Shown piece by piece: positions 56,450-64,000 of a stretch of 64,000 nt of DNA. Source of the DNA: Octopus vulgaris (Eukaryota); the NCBI GenBank assembly GCA_951406725.2, contig OX597836.1, positions 2,542,001 through 2,606,000 of the forward strand, read 5' to 3'. The notes under the pieces are model-generated. The model did not search any database. It saw only the letters and a list, made by a program, of their open reading frames with translations, and was not told the DNA's origin. The translations under genes and the position numbers were made by a program. The stretch's first letter is position 1, and each line of letters starts with the position of its first letter.

Positions 56450-57264
56450 CATCATCATTACTGAAACCAAAAATTAATAGACATTTTTAGAGAAGACACC
56501 TGACTTCCCTTTACTCGTTCTTCTTTGATCGATCCTTGCACAACGATTCTTACTACTGTGAAATTAACGGTGCCCTGTCTTAACGTAAGTGAGCTTTCCG
56601 TTTCGTTAGCGGTAGAAATTTTAAAACTAAATCTACTTTCAATTGGGATACTAAATGCAAACGCTTAGAAAGCTTGGATGGTGAACTTAATTATCTTAAA
56701 TAAAAATTGCCCCTTTACAGACCTAGATATAGACATTGGGTCGTCTCTTTACAAACCAAAAATGGTAGAATTCAACATATTAAAAGCAGCGCCAGATAAG
56801 TAAAGCCAAATGTTGTGTGAGTCGTCAGCAAAAGAAAAAAAATATGTATATTCCAATCGAATCATTTGAAACTCGGTGAACCCTTATCAAAGAGCAGGGT
56901 CGACAAATATACATAATACTTTCACTAACTCTGTATCAAATAATTTGTTTAAATTAATGGATAAGAATCCACGATGTCAAACTGAGTAAATCTGACCTTG
57001 AAATTTCCTGCAACATCACTGAACCGCATAACGAGGAACCAGGGTCACAAAATTGGCTGGAATCAGAAGATTTTTTTTACGTTAATATTCATGAGTGCAG
57101 GCTTATTAGCCACACAAGACTTTGAAGTGTTTACGTATGAATGTATGAATGCGTTTTTATCTGTTTAATTATAAATGCATTTTTTAATATTCACTTTTGT
57201 ATAACTGAGTAGAATATAAATGATGTGATGCCATTAACATCGTCCATCTTTTATTTCACTCTAA

Positions 57265-57646
57265 TCTCTCTATATATAAACGGCAGTTTGTCTGTGCGTG
57301 TTTCTGTGTGTCTGTTTGCTTGTACCCTCACTCTGACCACGGCTTTCAACCGATTCTGATGAAACTTGACACACACATAGCCCAATGTCATAATTCAAAA
57401 CTAACGCAGCGAAAATTTTGAAAAGTTCCCCCAGTTCTGAAAAAAATCGATAAATTCGACATGGGGTCGAGAATCAGAAACACAAACCGCAAACTGTCTA
57501 GGGGACGCAACTCCACCTTTTTTAACTAAAAAAAAATTTACCATCATTTTTTTCCATTTTTTTGCTATTTTTTGGCTATAACTCTCTAAAAATGCTTTAT
57601 AGTTATTTCCCTTACAAACCTGAGCAACGCCGGGCGATACTGCTAG
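57265..57646 (+). mobile_element. Non-autonomous Helitron
   Basis: A|TCTCTCTATATATAAA start and CCTGAGCAACGCCGGGCGATACTGCTAG|T end. Confidence 0.85.
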
Positions 57647-57709
57647 TTATATATATATATATATATACATATAATGTGTGTGGATATGTGTGTGTGTATA
57701 GAGACATTT

Positions 57710-58095
57710 ATTCTTTTATTCTTTTATTTGTTTCAATTGACTGCAGCCATGCTGGAGCACCGCCTTTAGCCGAACAAATCGACCCTAGAACTTATTCTTT
57801 GTAAGCCTAGTACTTACTCTATCGGTCTCTTTGCCGAACCGCTATATTATAGGGGCATAAATACACCGGCATCGGTTATCAAGCGATGCTGATGGGACAA
57901 ACACAGACACACAAACACACAAGCACGCATACCCACACGGGCTTCTTTCAGTTTCCGTCTAACAAATCGACTCAGAAGACTTTGGTCGGCCTGAGGCTAT
58001 AGTAAAAGTCACTCGTCCAAGGTGCCAAGCAGTGGTACTGAACCCGGAACTATTTGGTTGATAAGCAAGCTACTTACCACACAGCCATGCCTGCC
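57710..58095 (-). mobile_element. SINE family 2, full length
   Basis: Head GGCATGGCTGTGTGGTAAG (A box) and GGTTCAGTACC (B box), CORE-like body, TG linker and tail. Confidence 0.9.
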
Positions 58096-58722
58096 CCTAC
58101 GTATTTTATATATGTTTATCTATCAACCTATGTATAAACATATGTGTGTGTGTATAGATACACGTAAACCAATGTATAAATAAAGACACAAACATACGCA
58201 CATACACACACAGACGTACATATATTCACATAGAAAAATGTAGTTATATGTATGTAATGTGTGTGTATGTGAGTCTCCGTTTCTGTGATTTTTACCCCAC
58301 CAACGCCTGACAACCGGAGTTGGTTTGTTTACGTCCCCGTCACCTAATTGTTCAGAGAACCTTTAGCGAAAAGATAACTACCAGGCGTAAAAATTGTCTT
58401 GGTACAGGTGTCCTTCATGTAACAAAAAAAAAAGAAGAAAAAACACAAGCTGTAATCTATTCATTGAAAGAAAACAAAAAAAAGACGATAAAAGATAAAT
58501 GTTATATATGTATATACATACATGTGTGTGGTTGTGTGTGTGTGAAAATATATACGTGTCTACTTATAATACGAATAAGTATATAAATATATATGTGTCT
58601 ATGTATAAATATAGATATATAAATCGTTATTTATATATACATATAAGTATATATATGTGTGCACATATACATATATAGAAGTGTGCATATAAATATACAT
58701 ATATATATCTTTATTTATATAC

Positions 58723-58797
<75 letters not shown>

Positions 58798-58866
58798 TCT
58801 ATATATGCATATATATGTATTTGCATATGCATATATATATACAATGATATATGTGTGTGTGTGTAC

Positions 58867-58964
<98 letters not shown>

Positions 58965-59159
58965 GTGTATATGTGTGTGTTTGTGTATGTGTGTAAGTGC
59001 ATCGTTCTTCGTATATATGTACCCCCCCACATCGTTCGCCTGCTTCGCTACCATTTCACCTGAAAACGTACTACTTCTACCAAACTACTGCATATTCTAC
59101 CACACCCACCACACCAACGCTACTCTTACCACCGCTAGTACTATTGCTCCTACTGCCTT

Positions 59160-60160
<1,001 letters not shown>

Positions 60161-60391
60161 AATTTGAACGGTACAACATCATCAACACTAATCAAATTCA
60201 TGATTGCTGCTGGCCACGACACAGCCCCCCCACCACCACACTTTCAGCCGAAACCGGATAATTCACCGCATTCCGTGCGTGTGTTCGCATACTTACATAC
60301 ACAAAAAGTTTACAACACATATAATTTATAAGCACACACATACACCTACACATATGTACACATTTTCAGCCGCGCATACACAAATGCATAG

Positions 60392-60549
60392 CAGGAGCGG
60401 TTCTATGATAAATAACTCGCTTCCCAACCACATGGTTCCGAGTTCAATACCACTGCGTGGCACCTTGAGTAAGTCTCTTCTGCTATAGATTAGGGCTGAC
60501 CAAAGCCTTGTGAGTGGATTTGGTAGAAGGAAACTGAAAGAAGCTTGTC
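60392..60549 (+). mobile_element. SINE family 2 head and body
   Basis: CATGGTTCCGAGTTCAATACCACTGCGTGGCACCTTGAGTAAG...GTGAGTGGATTTGGTAG. Confidence 0.85.
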
Positions 60550-60558
60550 CTGTAAATA

Positions 60559-60965
60559 GGGCAGTGAGGTGGCAGAAACGTTAGCACGCCGGGCGAAATG
60601 CTTAGCGGTATTTTGTCTGCCGTTTCCTTCTGAGTTCAAATTCCGTCGAGGTCGACTTTGCCTTTCATCCTTTCGGGGTCGATTAAATAAGTACCAGTTA
60701 CGCACTGGGGTCGATATAATCGACTTAATCCGTTTGTCTGTCCTTCTTTGTCCTCCCTGTGTTTAACCCATTGTTGGTAGTAAAGAAATAGGTATTTTGT
60801 CTGCCTTTACGTTCTGAGTTCAAATTCCGCCGTGGTCGACTTTGCCTTTCATCTTTAGGGGTCGAAAAAATCATGTATCTGTTACGCACTGGGGTCGATG
60901 TAATTGACTTAATTTCTTTGCTTGTCCTCTCGATGTTTGGCCCCCTGTGGGCAATAAAGAAATAT
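60559..60965 (+). mobile_element. Nested SINE family 1 dimer (two tail-A units)
   Basis: GTATTTTGTCTGCC at both 60608 and 60792. Confidence 0.9.
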
Positions 60966-60981
60966 ATACACACACACACAC

Positions 60982-61012
<31 letters not shown>

Positions 61013-61107
61013 AATAGACAAACACTCACATTCCCACACACGCAACTATATATTTATACACACAAAAAAAAAATACACTCATCTCTGTCTCTCTCTGTCT
61101 CTCTATT

Positions 61108-61157
<50 letters not shown>

Positions 61158-61161
<4 letters not shown>

Positions 61162-61460
61162 CATGACCGACCAGGCTATCAGATATTGCTACACATCGCT
61201 GGTCACAATGCGCTTCGCATTGTTTTAGCCTTCAAATGACGCCACCCCGCTGGCTAAGCGAGCAGGCCAACAGAAGAAAGAGTGAGAGAAAGTTGTGGCG
61301 AAAGAGTACAGCAGGGATCGCCACCGCACCCTGCCGGAGCCTCGTGGAACTTTTAGATGTATTCGCACAATAAACACTCACAACACCAGGTCTGAGAATC
61401 TAAACCGCGATCCTACGACCGCGAGTTCGCTGCCCTAACCACTGGGTCATTGCGCCTCCA
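61158..61460 (-). mobile_element. tRNA-derived SINE family 3, apparently full length
   Basis: Minus-strand head GGAGGCGCAATGACCCAGTGGTTAGGGCAGCG (A box) and GGTTTAGATTC (B-box-like), unique body and (AT)n tail. Confidence 0.75.
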
Positions 61461-61966
61461 CACACACAGTGGTTAGGGCCATATATATATATATGTATGT
61501 ATATATGTCTACTTATACAATTACCGCTGAGTTATTTCTATTAGGTTATTTTCATTTGAATTATGCAAATCGTACGAGACCAACAATGGTCGGCAATCAG
61601 CCTAAATCTAGGCATCGTATCTGCTCCAATCAAACTTTGAACAAGTGTGCGTTGATGATGTTTCTTGTATGGAGTACAAAGTATTCAGATCTGATGTCTA
61701 GCATTTGTATCCTATAAAAGCAGGTTGTGTCTTGTTTAATGGCGTGTCGATTCCACCGAATTCTTGAGATCAACGCCTCTTTCCATTCAGAGAATCGTAA
61801 TTATTACCGGGCATTTGTTTACATCGTCTGGAAGTGAAAAGTATTTCTGCAAATGACGAGTTTATGTCGTATATAATTAATTACATAATTATTCGCGTTT
61901 CTTGTCCATGTTCACGATATCATTTCTTCTTCATTTTCACACACAATCACAAACATACTTAGTTGA

Positions 61967-62035
<69 letters not shown>

Positions 62036-62045
62036 CACATTTTAT

Positions 62046-62128
<83 letters not shown>

Positions 62129-62139
62129 AATATTAATAT

Positions 62140-63330
62140 TCCTAAAAAATCCCTTATTATATCTGGAGTGCATAGTGTGGGTTGATAAAGACATCGATCG
62201 ATGTTGTTCTAACACGATGGCCGGGCTTGAATCCAAGGTGAAGGAGAAATTTGAAGATCTTCCCAGAGAAATAGTAAGAAACGTAGGCACCAAATCCTGG
62301 AACCGTCTTGAGGCCGACGTGGAAGTTGAAGGCTGATACCTTGTCTAAACTGTTATCTTCCATAATTTTTCATTTTCTACAACACTTCTATTTTTGTTTA
62401 GGATATTTTGTTGCTTGTTTTCCTACCACGCAAACAATCAAATTTAGCTTGAACACGCTGTATGTTGTCCGTTTGTTACATACGTGTCGCCACAGTGGAA
62501 TACATGTTGTGTTTAGAGTGTATTTTGATCTATCTATAAATGTATGGCTATAGCTTACTGAAATGGAGACAGTCAATGTATTACACTGTGTATAGATGTT
62601 GCTGGTCAATATGTGCTTTTGGTACTGTGATGGTTAAGAATAACATTGAAAAATGTTATGAAGTGTGCCGATGGTTGGAGGAGTTAACATGGTTAAATAT
62701 AGACGAACAATGAATGTACAGTAAAAATTTGTTTGTCTTCAAGGTTTTGCTTTCTATATATTTCTCGTCTTATTTGTGGATGTATTTGTGGACGTGATAT
62801 TGACCTCTTAATGCCTGAGTTACGTTTGTGGTGAAGTGTGTTTCGGGAAAGTAGGTTTAGATGTAGAATGATGTTGTTCCTACGAAAGATAAAATAAAAC
62901 TTATTGTTGTTTGTGCATAAAAAACTGGACAATTTGAGAAAGGTTTGATAGGATTTCCTTGGGAATTCATTTGTTGCAGAATTGAACCAGCGAGAGCCCG
63001 GTATTATTCGACGTATGAAAAAGTTACTCTTTCTTGACTTCAGAAGTAATTCGGATTCGTAAGCTTTTGACAATTATTAGTTGTAGCCAGATTAAGGAAA
63101 CGTATAGGTGGCCCTTAGTTAGAAATTATCTCTACGATGTTTAAATGTGAAGAGTAATGCTGAGCGGAGGGGAGTGATAGATAAGTTCTATCATGTTTAT
63201 GTAAATACGAGGCAATTTGAAAATTTTTGAATATTGATTTCGTGAAGGATGTTACAGTACATTTTGCTTTATCTGTTTGTAATGGAGTTAGAGATGAATC
63301 TATGGAATGTGGTGTGGCCTATTTCGAGGA
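62140..63330 (-). mobile_element. Decayed, internally deleted Penelope-like element (RT start, WFN linker, GIY-YIG remnants)
   Basis: FTFKHRRDNF*LR/PPIRFLN (cf. TLKDHKxNFxxxPxxRLINP), then WFN...TFLKL...FYFIFRRNNI (cf. WFNPP...FLxL...IFNRN), then a GIY-YIG-like stretch and WKI/LDKVSAFN. Confidence 0.7.
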
Positions 63331-63410
63331 AATTCACCTTCAAAGAGCACAAATTGAATTTCCAACTGAAGCCATCCATTAGATTCATTAACCCGACGAA
63401 AAGTGAGAGA
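63330..63410 (+). mobile_element. Inverted Penelope RT fragment
   Basis: FTFKEHKLNFQLKPSIRFINPTKSE matches the Penelope RT motif TLKDHKxNFxxKPxxRLINPxKSE. Confidence 0.75.
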
Positions 63411-63573
63411 CGTGTGAACGTTTCTTCCAATTTTACTACCTCTAACCAATTATCTATGCATCCATCATATGGAGGGGGAGAGAAATTATGACATATAAAG
63501 TATGCTCAATATATATACTTATATATATATCTATGTATATATATATGTATATATATATATGTATATATATATG

Positions 63574-63634
<61 letters not shown>

Positions 63635-63724
63635 GTATATACATGTATATACATATATTCAATCAATATACCTATTCATTTTAGTATATTCAGCTCTGCT
63701 TTCAACGAATATTCATACATACAT

Positions 63725-63770
<46 letters not shown>

Positions 63771-63862
63771 ATATCTATCTATCTATCTATCTACTTATCT
63801 CTCTCTTTATATGTGTGTGAGTGTATGTAGAGAGAGATAATATATATATACGTATATATACA

Positions 63863-63899
<37 letters not shown>

Positions 63900-63932
63900 C
63901 TATCTATCTACATATATATATAATATGTATAG

Positions 63933-63933
<1 letters not shown>

Positions 63934-64000
<67 letters not shown>
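63934..64000. repeat. (GATA)n microsatellite
   Basis: Direct reading. Confidence 0.95.

Overview
AT-rich, extremely microsatellite-dense eukaryotic intergenic or intronic DNA. The repeat repertoire (tRNA-derived SINEs, Penelope-like, R4/Dong, Tx1, Helitron, mariner) looks like a coleoid cephalopod, probably Octopus; this is an inference. I could not identify an intact host gene, and nearly all ORFs in the track are translations of (AT)n, (TATC)n, (ATT)n, (GA)n, (CA)n or (ACT)n repeats. The recognisable coding remnants are all from transposons: a Tx1/L1-clade ORF2 C-terminus, three R4/Dong restriction-like-endonuclease C-termini sitting in (TAA)n, Penelope RT/GIY-YIG pieces, a hAT Buster/Charlie BED finger and a mariner C-terminus. 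The main finding is a SINE variant whose 3' tail matches the 3' end of the Tx1 LINE in this window. It appears to insert at GTATTTC, a motif inside the tRNA head of its own family, building nested head-to-tail arrays at four loci. Other findings are degenerate minimal hammerhead ribozyme motifs in Penelope-type fragments (including a palindromic pair), a shared 3'-UTR stem-loop in Dong remnants and two Helitrons with shared ends. All alignments and folds were done by eye.
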